Assembly (NCBI GenBank): GCA_964584035.1
Contig: CAZOYL010000053.1
Coordinates: 1 to 16,647, forward strand
Reading direction: 5' to 3'
DNA from: an uncultured Gemmatimonadota bacterium
GTDB taxonomy: Bacteria; SM23-81
Length of the DNA stretch: 16,647 nt
A program made the position numbers and the translations under genes. The notes under the pieces were generated by a model that had not been told where the DNA came from, searched no databases, and was given only the letters and a program-made list of their open reading frames with translations. Below, one piece after another: positions 8,454 through 16,646 of the stretch; the stretch's first letter is position 1, and every line of letters begins with the position of its first letter.

Positions 8454-8870
8454 TTAGCCTGTCTTCTTCTGACGCGGTAAAAATCTGGTCAGTATCAGGG
8501 CCAGGCCGGCGGCGATCAGCAGAATGGACACCACTGACACGCCTGGATCGGCCAGCTGCCACAGAGCGCCGACGATGAACAGCAGACCGGCCACCAGCCA
8601 GAACCTCTCCAGGTGCAGATTCAGCACCATCCGGGACAGCTGAACGCCCAGCATGATGATGCCGATGCCCAGCAGTGCCACGCTGGCTTGAGCCCTGGCC
8701 AGCAGGACGATCCCCAGCCAGATGAGGAATAATCCCCAGCCGATGGCGTCCAGTTTGCTGACCAGATCGTTATTCTTTTCTGCCGCGGACGGAGCGGATT
8801 TTTTCACCGCGACGTCCTGCGGCATCTCTTTCTTCTCAACACCTTGTTTTTCAGCACCTTCCTCAACCAC
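8454..8870 (-). CDS. Small integral membrane protein (about 4 TM helices), function unknown
   Basis: Charged N-terminus, then hydrophobic segments IGWGLFLIWLGIVLL, VALLGIGIIMLGV, FWLVAGLLFIVGALW, VVSILLIAAGLALIL, and a basic tail. Start set at GTG 8870 (AGGAGGT 5 nt upstream) because the ORF-track start at 8918 falls at the predicted TSS. Confidence 0.8.
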   Translation of the reverse strand: MVEEGAEKQGVEKKEMPQDVAVKKSAPSAAEKNNDLVSKLDAIGWGLFLIWLGIVLLARAQASVALLGIGIIMLGVQLSRMVLNLHLERFWLVAGLLFIVGALWQLADPGVSVVSILLIAAGLALILTRFLPRQKKTG

Positions 8871-8922
8871 AGGACACCTCCTGAGGAATGTCATCGGCAC
8901 GTTCATTTCTGAAGCCACCTAA

Positions 8923-8951
8923 AGTCTATGGAATTTCTGTCGGATTGTCAA
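8923..8951 (-). promoter_or_regulatory. Sigma70-type promoter for the membrane protein gene
   Basis: Minus strand reads TTGACA (8951-8946), 17 nt, TAGACT (8928-8923). Confidence 0.75.
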
Positions 8952-8961
8952 GAAAAATTCT

Positions 8962-10734
8962 CTATTTCATCAACACCATCTTCCGCGTCTCGGCGAACCT
9001 TCCCGCCCGCAGGCGGCAGAAATAGACCCCGCTGGCCAGACCGGACGGGTTCCAGCGAACCACATGCCGGCCGGCCGGCTGTTGGGCATTCACCAGCGTG
9101 GCCACCTCCTGACCGCTGACATTGAAAACCTTGATCACCGCATGTTCATCCCCCGGCAGCTGATAGCCGATCTCGGTGGCCGCATTGAAGGGATTGGGGA
9201 AATTCTGATTCAGCGCGAACGCCACCGGCGCAGCGGGTCCTTCACCGTCCCCCCCCACCGGCGTCAGACCCAGGCTCAGCCTGGCAACCCAGATATCCCA
9301 GCCGCCGTTATAGTCATTATCGAAGGCGCCGGATGTGGTCGGAAAATCGGAGCAGTGCGTTCGGCCAACGGCGCAGGCAAAGCCCTGTGGATCGATGTCC
9401 ACGGCATTGCCCCGGTCACCGGACCCGTCGCCGCCGCCCAGGAAGGTGGAATAGATCAAAGCGCTTCCGGCGGCGTTCAGGACGGTCACAAAGGCGTCAT
9501 CAAAGCCACCATTGTGCGTCTGGTCGAAGGCTCCGGACGTGGTGGGAAAATCATCCGACTTGGTCTCGCCCACCAGGCAGGCCCGGCCCACACCATCGAT
9601 GGCGATGCCGTGTCCATTGTCCCCGCTGTCGCCTCCCAGCAAGGTGGAGTAAACCAGATCGGTTCCCTCCGGATTCAGTTTGGTGACGAAAGCATCATCG
9701 TAAGAACCATCGTGAATTTCATCGTAGGCCCCCGATGTCGTCGGGAAATCGGTCGATTTGGTATAACCCACCAAATACGCGAATCCGTCATCGTCCACGG
9801 CCAGACCGTCGATCTGATCCCAGTCTTTTCCTCCCAGGTAGGTAACATAGGTGGCCTTGCTGCCCGATTGATCGAACTTGGCCACGAACCCGTCGGCCGT
9901 CCCGCCCAGATCTGTATCCCAGGCCCCTGGAGTGGTGTCCAGATTGCCGGATCCGGTCCGGCCGGCCAGATAGGCGCAGCCATCCTTGTCCACGGCGATA
10001 TCCTGACCGTGCTCCCAGCTGGAACCCCCGATATAGGTGGCATAGATCAGCTCGCTGCCGAGGTTGTTCATCTTGACGACAAAAGCATCGTAGTTCCCCC
10101 GGCTGTGAGTGGTGTCGAAAGCGTCGGGGGTGACCGGAAAATCGTCCGACCGGGTGCTTCCCGAAACGTATATGTTGCCATCTCCATCCAGGGTGAGATT
10201 CCAGGCGTTATCCAGCTGGCCGCCACCCATAAAAGTCCCCCATCGGAGCACGTTCCCCTGGGCGTTCAGTTTGGCGATAAAAACGTCGCTCTGGCCGTTG
10301 AAACTGGTGTCGAAGGCTCCCGCCGTGGTCGGGAAATAGGCGGTGCTGGTCGTTCCGGTCACGTAAGCGTTCCCCGACGCATCCACGGCGATCCCCCAGC
10401 CCTCCTGGGTGTCGCTGATATATCCGCCCCCGCCCAGAAAGGTGGAATAGACCAGCTCCGATCCATAGGGGCTAAAACGGGTCACAAAGGCGTTGCTGCC
10501 GCCGTTGCTGTAGCTGCTGTCATAGGTTCCCGACGTCGTCGGAAATGCCGCCGAAGTGGTATAGCCGGTCAGGTAGATGGTGCCGTCCTTCCCGGTGGCG
10601 ACGGCCAGGGCATTTTCGCTCACGTCCGTCCCCAGATAGCTGCACCAGGCCAGCTGATCCCTGGAAGCCTCTCCCGGGGCACCCAGAAACAGAACGGCAA
10701 CGACACATACGGTCAACGTTCTGAAACCATACAT
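8962..10734 (-). CDS. SBBP (seven-bladed beta-propeller) repeat protein with T9SS type A-like C-terminal sorting domain
   Basis: Repeats of YSTFLGG...GIAVD..G.AYVTG.T.S.DFPTT.GAFD...G..DAFVTK. C-terminus FALNQNFPNPFN...VFNVSGQEV..L...SGVYFCRL...TRKMVLMK. ATG 10734 has GGAGG upstream and begins a signal peptide (MYGFRTLTVCVVAVLFLGAPGEAS); the in-frame ATG at 10773 is an alternative start. Confidence 0.9.
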   Translation of the reverse strand: MYGFRTLTVCVVAVLFLGAPGEASRDQLAWCSYLGTDVSENALAVATGKDGTIYLTGYTTSAAFPTTSGTYDSSYSNGGSNAFVTRFSPYGSELVYSTFLGGGGYISDTQEGWGIAVDASGNAYVTGTTSTAYFPTTAGAFDTSFNGQSDVFIAKLNAQGNVLRWGTFMGGGQLDNAWNLTLDGDGNIYVSGSTRSDDFPVTPDAFDTTHSRGNYDAFVVKMNNLGSELIYATYIGGSSWEHGQDIAVDKDGCAYLAGRTGSGNLDTTPGAWDTDLGGTADGFVAKFDQSGSKATYVTYLGGKDWDQIDGLAVDDDGFAYLVGYTKSTDFPTTSGAYDEIHDGSYDDAFVTKLNPEGTDLVYSTLLGGDSGDNGHGIAIDGVGRACLVGETKSDDFPTTSGAFDQTHNGGFDDAFVTVLNAAGSALIYSTFLGGGDGSGDRGNAVDIDPQGFACAVGRTHCSDFPTTSGAFDNDYNGGWDIWVARLSLGLTPVGGDGEGPAAPVAFALNQNFPNPFNAATEIGYQLPGDEHAVIKVFNVSGQEVATLVNAQQPAGRHVVRWNPSGLASGVYFCRLRAGRFAETRKMVLMK

Positions 10735-10777
10735 CCCTTTCCTCCCCCTTGGACGGGGCTTGCGCTTGAACATCCCT

Positions 10778-12550
10778 TTACCTGATCAGCATCATCTTGA
10801 TGGCCTGCCGCTGCCCATCATAATCCAGCCGACAGAGATACATCCCGCTGGTTACCTGGCGCCCGGCATCGTCCCGGCCGTCCCAGCTGAGGACATGTTC
10901 GCCGGCCGGATAGCGACCGTGCGTCAACCGGCGCACCCGCTGCCCGGAGGCATTGAAGATCTCCAGGAACACCGGGCCCGGATCGGACAGCTCGAAACGG
11001 ATCCGGGTGGAGGCATTGAAAGGATTGGACCAGTTCTGAAAGAGACGAAAGCCGGCCGGTCCGTTCCTCCGCTCCGGCCCCCCGGCTACCGGCACCTGGT
11101 GGCCGGGCGCCAGCATGGCGATGATGGCGTCCTCATCTCCGGCCAGAGCCTCCTGGAAAGCACCGCCGGTGGCGGGGTAATCCGGCGAGCGGGAATATCC
11201 GGTATAATAGACCCGGCCCTGGGGCCCGAGGGCCAGATCCCAGGCGTAATCGGACTCCAACCCGCCGATATAGGTCGAATAGAGCAGCTCTCCCCCGGTG
11301 GAGTCCAGAGCGCACAGAAAGATATCTCGTTCCCCACCGTGCACCTCATCGAAGCTTCCCAATGTGACCGGGAAATCCGGCGAATCGGTGAATCCGGCCA
11401 CCCAGGCGCGCCCGGAATCGTCCACCGCGATGCCATAGCCACTCTCGGTCCCCTCTCCGGTCAGGAAGGTGGAATAGACCAGGCTCCGGCCCCAGGGATC
11501 CAGCCGGGTCACGAAGGCGCTGACGTCGGAAAACCCCATGCTGTCCTGAAAAGCGCCGGGAGTGACCGGAAAGTCGGAGGAATAAGTATAGCCGGTCACC
11601 AGGGCGCCTGCGGCGGCGTCCAGGGCGATGCTCCGGGCGGCGTCCCGGAATCCGCCGCCCAGCAGGGTGGCGTAGCGCAGAGAGGCGCCGTCGGGTCCCA
11701 GACGCGCCACGAAGGCGTCCGTAGGGCCGATGAGGACGCTGTCGAAGGCGCCAGGCGTGGCGGGAAAATCCAAGGAGAAGGTGTAGCCGGTGACAGAGGC
11801 GCATCCGGAGTCGTCCAGGGCGATGCCCCAGCCGTACTCATCGGAGCTCCCCCCCAGGAAGGTGGCATAATCCAGGGCCTCCAGGGACGAGCGCAACCGC
11901 GCCACAAAAGCGTCCGAGGCCCCGTCGAGGGCTCGATCGAGGGCCGTCGGGGTCGCCGGAAAGTCGGCCGAGCCGGTGCTGCCCACCGTGAAGACCCGCC
12001 CGGAATCATCGGCCGCGATCTGATAGCACCACTCGTCGCCACCGCCGCCCAGCAGGGTGGCGTGGAGGAGCAGACCGGTCGAGTCCAATATGACCACAAA
12101 GGCGTCGGAGTCGCCCTCCAGAGTGGTGTCGAGGGCGGCGGGGTCCACCGGAAAATCGGCCGAGCGGGTCAGTCCGGCGACACAGATGCGGCCTATCCCG
12201 TCCAACGCCAGGCCATTGCCCTCATCCCATGCCTGTCCCCCCAGCAGGGCGGACCAGACCAGGCTGCCGTCCTCGGCGTTCAGGTGAGCCACGAAAACGT
12301 CGCGGTCGGCCGCGACGGTATCGTAGGCGCCCCCGGTGGTGGGGAAATCCTCCGACTCGGTAAAACCACTCACCCAGACACCTCCGTCGCGATCCACGGC
12401 GATATCATATCCGTTGTCCGGACCCGCACCGCCCAGGAAGGTGCTCCAGATCAGCTCCTCGGGACCGCATCCGGCGGTCCTGCCCCAACACAGGCAGGCC
12501 GCCAGGGTCAGAAGGACGATAACCGGATATATCCTCAAACCGGCTGGCAT
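10778..12550 (-). CDS. SBBP repeat protein with FlgD-Ig/T9SS-type C-terminal domain
   Basis: N-terminal signal peptide. SBBP repeats (WSTFLGG..IAVD..G.VWVSGFTES.DFPTT.GAYD). C-terminus FRLFQNWSNPFNAST...IFNASGQRVRRL...WDGRDDAGRQVTSGMYLCRL...KMMLIR. Confidence 0.9.
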   Translation of the reverse strand: MPAGLRIYPVIVLLTLAACLCWGRTAGCGPEELIWSTFLGGAGPDNGYDIAVDRDGGVWVSGFTESEDFPTTGGAYDTVAADRDVFVAHLNAEDGSLVWSALLGGQAWDEGNGLALDGIGRICVAGLTRSADFPVDPAALDTTLEGDSDAFVVILDSTGLLLHATLLGGGGDEWCYQIAADDSGRVFTVGSTGSADFPATPTALDRALDGASDAFVARLRSSLEALDYATFLGGSSDEYGWGIALDDSGCASVTGYTFSLDFPATPGAFDSVLIGPTDAFVARLGPDGASLRYATLLGGGFRDAARSIALDAAAGALVTGYTYSSDFPVTPGAFQDSMGFSDVSAFVTRLDPWGRSLVYSTFLTGEGTESGYGIAVDDSGRAWVAGFTDSPDFPVTLGSFDEVHGGERDIFLCALDSTGGELLYSTYIGGLESDYAWDLALGPQGRVYYTGYSRSPDYPATGGAFQEALAGDEDAIIAMLAPGHQVPVAGGPERRNGPAGFRLFQNWSNPFNASTRIRFELSDPGPVFLEIFNASGQRVRRLTHGRYPAGEHVLSWDGRDDAGRQVTSGMYLCRLDYDGQRQAIKMMLIR

Positions 12551-12554
12551 CTTG

Positions 12555-13427
12555 TCACTCTCCCCCGGCCAGGGAGATGATCAGCGGCCTGTCCTTGCTC
12601 CACTTGCCGACCTCGAAACCCACCAGGTCGTCCTCCCTCAGGCGGTAGCGGCCCCTGACCGCCGTCCGGTCCTCACCTTTCTCCTGATAGCAGCTCGGCG
12701 CCGGCTCGGTAATGGTCCCCAGGGCAGTGACGATGCGCAGCCGGCCCTGGTCGTCAACGAAGATGCTGTCGGCCCCCTCGTAACGGAAGGCGATCTGATC
12801 CACCCGGGCTTTCGGCTGAACGGTCAGCCGGGGAGCCAGGCGGCCCGCCTGTCCACGATAGGTCAGATCGATGCCGGAATAGAGATCCCGGTAGACGATA
12901 CTGCTGAAGGTGCGGATATTGGTCTTCCATTGGTCCGGATCCTTGCCCCGAAAGATATTCACCTTCCCCTGCAGCTCGCCCAGGCCCTCCAGCACCAGGT
13001 CGTCATCGGCCCCCTCCAGCTTCATCCGCACCACCACGCCCCGGCGCCGGACGGCGGTGTCCGGCTCGGCCGTCTCCGGCCCCTCCCCGGGATGCCGGCG
13101 GTCGGGCCGGGCGGTCTGCTCAACCACATCGTAGACCACCTCTTCCGGCGTGAAGTAGACCGTCCCCCGTGAGCCGCGCAGGTAGAACCGGACCGGCTGA
13201 GCCACCTGACCGTTGTTCTCGGTGAAGGACAGCGGCAGTTGACCGTAAGCCTGGACCGCCTGGGCCTGCGGCGCTTCCGGCGCAGCGGCGGCTTTTTCTC
13301 CGGCGGCCTCCTCTTCCGGGACCTGCTCCTTCTTTCCGCAGGACAGGGTCAGGACTGCCAGACACAGACAGGCCAGGATTCCGATGATCGAGATGGTTTG
13401 AAGGGTGCTTCTTCTGTGAGCGGACAC
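12555..13427 (-). CDS. Predicted lipoprotein consisting of the domain usually found N-terminal to SBBP repeats (recalled as DUF7948; not verified)
   Basis: GTG 13427 with AGGAGGT upstream, lipobox-like LTLS|C and an Ala/Glu/Pro linker. Motifs LPLSFTENNGQ, KVNIFRGKDPDQWKTNIRTF, YRDLYSGIDL, IAFRYEGAD, GRLRIVT..G.ITEPAP..YQ, VGFEVG.W....PLII. Confidence 0.85.
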   Translation of the reverse strand: MSAHRRSTLQTISIIGILACLCLAVLTLSCGKKEQVPEEEAAGEKAAAAPEAPQAQAVQAYGQLPLSFTENNGQVAQPVRFYLRGSRGTVYFTPEEVVYDVVEQTARPDRRHPGEGPETAEPDTAVRRRGVVVRMKLEGADDDLVLEGLGELQGKVNIFRGKDPDQWKTNIRTFSSIVYRDLYSGIDLTYRGQAGRLAPRLTVQPKARVDQIAFRYEGADSIFVDDQGRLRIVTALGTITEPAPSCYQEKGEDRTAVRGRYRLREDDLVGFEVGKWSKDRPLIISLAGGE

Positions 13428-13471
13428 CGGCCACCTCCTGATGAGGATAATGTGATCGGTCAGCAAGCCAT

Positions 13472-13500
13472 ATCTTATTCAGGAATGGGCGACAAGTCAA
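13472..13500 (-). promoter_or_regulatory. Sigma70-type promoter for the lipoprotein-SBBP-SBBP operon
   Basis: Minus strand reads TTGACT (13500-13495), 17 nt, TAAGAT (13477-13472). Confidence 0.7.
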
Positions 13501-13539
13501 GGAAAATCGAAATCGCGCTGATGTCCGCCGTCCATCAAT

Positions 13540-13636
13540 AAAAAACCGGGCGCCGATATCGTCGGTTCCAGAGGCTCGGTGACACTCTCTCGGCCCGTTA
13601 GCCGGAGAAAGCAGGCCTCAAACGATTGGCGCCCGG
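13540..13636 (-). other. Long interrupted hairpin with U-tract (possible structured RNA or complex terminator)
   Basis: Nested complementary arms on the minus strand: CCGGGCGCC/GGCGCCCGG, ATCGT/ACGAT, GAGGC/GCCTC, TTTCTC/AGAGAG-like, CGGC/GCCG, then T6. Confidence 0.55.
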
Positions 13637-13805
13637 ATGGTGATGGATGAATGTATTCGGTGATCGTTCATCGCGCAGCGCGAAAAACAGGACCTGAGAA
13701 GAAAAAACACGGGGGATGGTTTTCCGGATCCGGTTTCTGCCTTCTGCTTACCGCCCACCGATTTTTATTACTCCCTGATCTCTAATCTCTCCATCTGTTC
13801 ATGCC

Positions 13806-16646
13806 TTATTTCTCCACATTCCGCGTCGCCCGGTCGAACTCGCCAACACGGTTGGAATCGGCCGAACGACGGCCGTCGGCATCGACCGCCCGGACCAGGT
13901 AATAGTGATTGACGGCCGTGTCGCCCACGGCGGCGGAGGTATCGATATAGAAACTCCCGGCCGGGCCGGCGATGGAGTCGTCGGTCTGCGGCGTGAAGCC
14001 CGGGTCGATGTGGCGGTACACGGTATAATGATTCACCGTGACGGGCAACCCGGCGGTATCCTCGGTGACAGCCGTCCAGGCCAGATAGATGGCGTTCTCG
14101 ACCAATACAGCCCTCAGATCTTCGACCGGAACCGGCGGGTCGGGATTGTCGATGCTGAAGACGGCATCGGAGCTGTCGGCTGCAGCGTGCCCGTGAGGAT
14201 CGGTGGCGACGATGCGGACGAGATACTGCTGGCCATCGGGCCGGGCGAAGAGATTCCAGAAATAATGACCGTCGTTGGCCTGCCCGGTGTCGATGACGGT
14301 CCATGTGGTCCCGGCATTGGCGCTGACATCCAGATCGACGGTCAGCAGAGCCGTCTCTCCGGGATTGGGATCGCTGGCCGTCCAGGCGATGGTGACCGTA
14401 TCGGTCAGCACTTCGCCGCCGTTGGGATACAGGACGGTTACCTGCGGGCGGCCGACCAGATAGTCGCCCCCGCCGAAGGTCCAGGTGTCATCATTGTTCG
14501 ATCCGGAGTAGCCGCCGAAAAGGACCACTTTAGTGGCTCCGTCCTGGCTGGTCTCCGACATGGCGTGGCCGAATCGTCCGGAGGGCTGGACCGTATTGGC
14601 GTCCCGGGTCCAGCTGGTGTCGCCCAGATCGAACACCCAGGTCTCGTCATCATAGTAGACCTCGCCGGTCGAGCCGCCGAATACCAGGGCCTGCCCTTCT
14701 CCCAGGCGGGCCATGGCATGGCTGCTGCGGCCCGATGGCGGATCATCCGGGAACAGCTGCGTCCAGGTGGTGTCGGCCAGGTCGAAGATCCAGGTCTCAT
14801 CATTGAGGACGAATTTCCCATGGCGCTCCCCGGCGAACAGTAACGCCCGGCCGGAATCGATACGGGTCATGAAATGGCCGTGACGCTCCGAGGGCGTAGG
14901 ATCGGGGAACAGCTGGGTCCAGACCGAATCGCTGAGGTCGAAGATCCAGGTCTCATCATCGTCGATCTCGGAACCGACATCCCCGCCGAGCAGCAGCACC
15001 TGGTCGCCGCCCAGGTAGGCCATGGCCAGATCCTTACGGGCCGAAGGCTTGGATGCCGGCGACAGTTCTTTCCAGGTGGTATCGCCGAGATCATAGAGCC
15101 AGGTCTCGTCGCTCTCCGACGCGCCGTTCCAGCCGCCGAACAGCAGCGCCCGATCCTCTCCGATGTAGGCCATGGCGTGGGACAGGCGCCCGGTCGGGCT
15201 GGAGGCCGGCGTCTGTTGGGACCAGTTGTCCGCAACGGCATCGTAGACCCAGGTGTCGTCCAGGTTCCCGGGGCCCCAGCCGCCGAACAGCAGCGCCTTG
15301 CCCTCGGCAATATAGACCATGGAGAAATAGTCCCGGGCCGGCGGATGCGGATCCGGGAACTGCTCGGTCCAGTCGTCCTCGCTGGTGATGATGGTGAACA
15401 CGGCGTCGGAGCTGTCGGCGTCGAACAGGCCGGCCGTATCGGTCACCGTGATGCGGATGAGATACTCGCTGCTCTCGGCCACTCCGGAGATGTCCCAGAG
15501 GTATGCCTCGTCGTTCGTCAGGCCTGAGTCGATGAGGGCCCAGCCGGCCCCGGCGTTATCACTGTATTCTAAATCGACTCTTAGCAGGGCCGTCTCCCCG
15601 GGATCAGGGTCGGTCGCTGTCCAGGATATGGTCACCGAGTCGGCCAGGACCTCCCCGCCGTTGGGATATTCCACCGTCACCTGAGGCGGCTCGAGATCAT
15701 TATTGACGCTGAAAACGGCATCGCTGAGGTCTGATCCGGTCCGGCCGCTGGTGTCGGCAGCCGTGACGCGGACCAGATAGCCGTCGCCGTCGGGCAGCCC
15801 GGAGAGATCCCACCAGTAAGTGCCATCATTGATCAGGCCCGAGTCGATGGCGGCCCAGGTGGTGCCGGCATCGGTGCTGACATCCAGATCCACCAGCAGC
15901 AGGGTGGAGTCGCCGGGATCGGGGTCGGCCGCCGTCCAGGCGATGGTCACCGAGTCGGCCAGGACTTCCCCGCCGTTGGGATGGATCACCCTCACCACAG
16001 GCGGATCGGGCACGAAATGATCCCCGCCGCCGAAGGTCCAGGTTTGATCATCTAAAACACCATCGTCGCCGCCGAACAGCAGCGGGTGGGTCGATCCATC
16101 CAGGCTGCTCTCGCAGAGCCCGTGATCGTTCCGGGCGGAGGGCTGGATGGCGTTGAAGTCCTCGGTCCAGGCCGTGTCGGACAGATCGAAAACCCAGGTG
16201 TCATCCTGACGAACACCATCGTTGCCGCCGAACAGCAGAACCTGATCCCCGCCCATGTAGGCCAGGGCGTGACCGGATCGGGCGGAAGGACTGGAGGCCG
16301 CCGGCAGCAGCGTCCAGGTGCTGTCGGCCAGATCGAACAGCCAGGTCTGGTCGTCGGCCGCCCCGTCATCCCCGCCGAACAGGAGCGAGCGGCCCGTTCC
16401 GAAATGGGCCATGGCGTGACCGGACCGGGCCGTGGGAGCAGTGACCGGACTCAGTTGGGTCCAGCTGGTATCGGCCAGATCGAACAGCCAGGTCTCCCCG
16501 TCGGGCCCGCCGTCTTCCCCGCCGAACAGCAGCGCCCGCTGGCCGTCGAGATAGGCCAGGGCATGGCCGGACCGGGCCGTGGGGCTGGAGGCCGGCGCGA
16601 GCTGCGTCCAGGTGCTGTCGGCCAGATCGAACAGCCAGGTCTGATC
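13806..16646 (-). CDS. Large Kelch-repeat protein with three 'PNGGE' Ig-like repeats and a C-terminal FN3-like 'VGEFD' domain, 5'-partial
   Basis: The frame stays open to the window edge (DQTWLFDLADSTWTQLAPASSPTARSGHALAYLDG...). Kelch units P..R..HAMAY.G....LLFGG......DETW.FDL....W. Three ~100-aa repeats begin V.YPNGGEVL.D.VTI.WTA.DP.PG. Confidence 0.92.
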   Translation of the reverse strand, partial: DQTWLFDLADSTWTQLAPASSPTARSGHALAYLDGQRALLFGGEDGGPDGETWLFDLADTSWTQLSPVTAPTARSGHAMAHFGTGRSLLFGGDDGAADDQTWLFDLADSTWTLLPAASSPSARSGHALAYMGGDQVLLFGGNDGVRQDDTWVFDLSDTAWTEDFNAIQPSARNDHGLCESSLDGSTHPLLFGGDDGVLDDQTWTFGGGDHFVPDPPVVRVIHPNGGEVLADSVTIAWTAADPDPGDSTLLLVDLDVSTDAGTTWAAIDSGLINDGTYWWDLSGLPDGDGYLVRVTAADTSGRTGSDLSDAVFSVNNDLEPPQVTVEYPNGGEVLADSVTISWTATDPDPGETALLRVDLEYSDNAGAGWALIDSGLTNDEAYLWDISGVAESSEYLIRITVTDTAGLFDADSSDAVFTIITSEDDWTEQFPDPHPPARDYFSMVYIAEGKALLFGGWGPGNLDDTWVYDAVADNWSQQTPASSPTGRLSHAMAYIGEDRALLFGGWNGASESDETWLYDLGDTTWKELSPASKPSARKDLAMAYLGGDQVLLLGGDVGSEIDDDETWIFDLSDSVWTQLFPDPTPSERHGHFMTRIDSGRALLFAGERHGKFVLNDETWIFDLADTTWTQLFPDDPPSGRSSHAMARLGEGQALVFGGSTGEVYYDDETWVFDLGDTSWTRDANTVQPSGRFGHAMSETSQDGATKVVLFGGYSGSNNDDTWTFGGGDYLVGRPQVTVLYPNGGEVLTDTVTIAWTASDPNPGETALLTVDLDVSANAGTTWTVIDTGQANDGHYFWNLFARPDGQQYLVRIVATDPHGHAAADSSDAVFSIDNPDPPVPVEDLRAVLVENAIYLAWTAVTEDTAGLPVTVNHYTVYRHIDPGFTPQTDDSIAGPAGSFYIDTSAAVGDTAVNHYYLVRAVDADGRRSADSNRVGEFDRATRNVEK
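14150..16010 (-). repeat. Three highly similar 'PNGGE' Ig-like domain repeats (~16010-15700, ~15690-15390, ~14450-14150), the last two separated by a Kelch propeller
   Basis: Shared sequence PNGGEVL(A/T)D(S/T)VTI.WTA.DP.PG...LL.VDL..S..AG..W..ID(S/T)G..ND..Y.W.......YL.R..ATD..G....D.SDAVF. Confidence 0.85.

Noticed and set aside
8962..12550. Both SBBP genes are 1773 nt if ATG 10734 is used
   Set aside because: The sequences and CTDs are divergent and the start is uncertain, so the equal length is probably coincidental.
12540..12590. Possible frameshifted pseudogene joining the lipoprotein and SBBP ORFs
   Set aside because: The downstream ORF has its own purine-rich RBS, ATG and signal peptide, which fits genuine separate genes.
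9064..13172. Long plus-strand ORFs of 573, 606 and 278 aa
   Set aside because: They mirror the SBBP and lipoprotein genes on the opposite strand and look like shadow frames.
13540..13640. Identification as c-di-AMP/c-di-GMP riboswitch, SRP or 6S RNA
   Set aside because: Only short partial resemblances (CCCGTTAGC; CCGGAGAAAGCAG) and the core consensus elements were not found, so it is left unassigned.
13768..15527. Alternative ORFs overlapping the Kelch gene (13768-14304, 13905-14843, 14874-15527)
   Set aside because: Out-of-frame or antisense to a strongly supported repeat protein.
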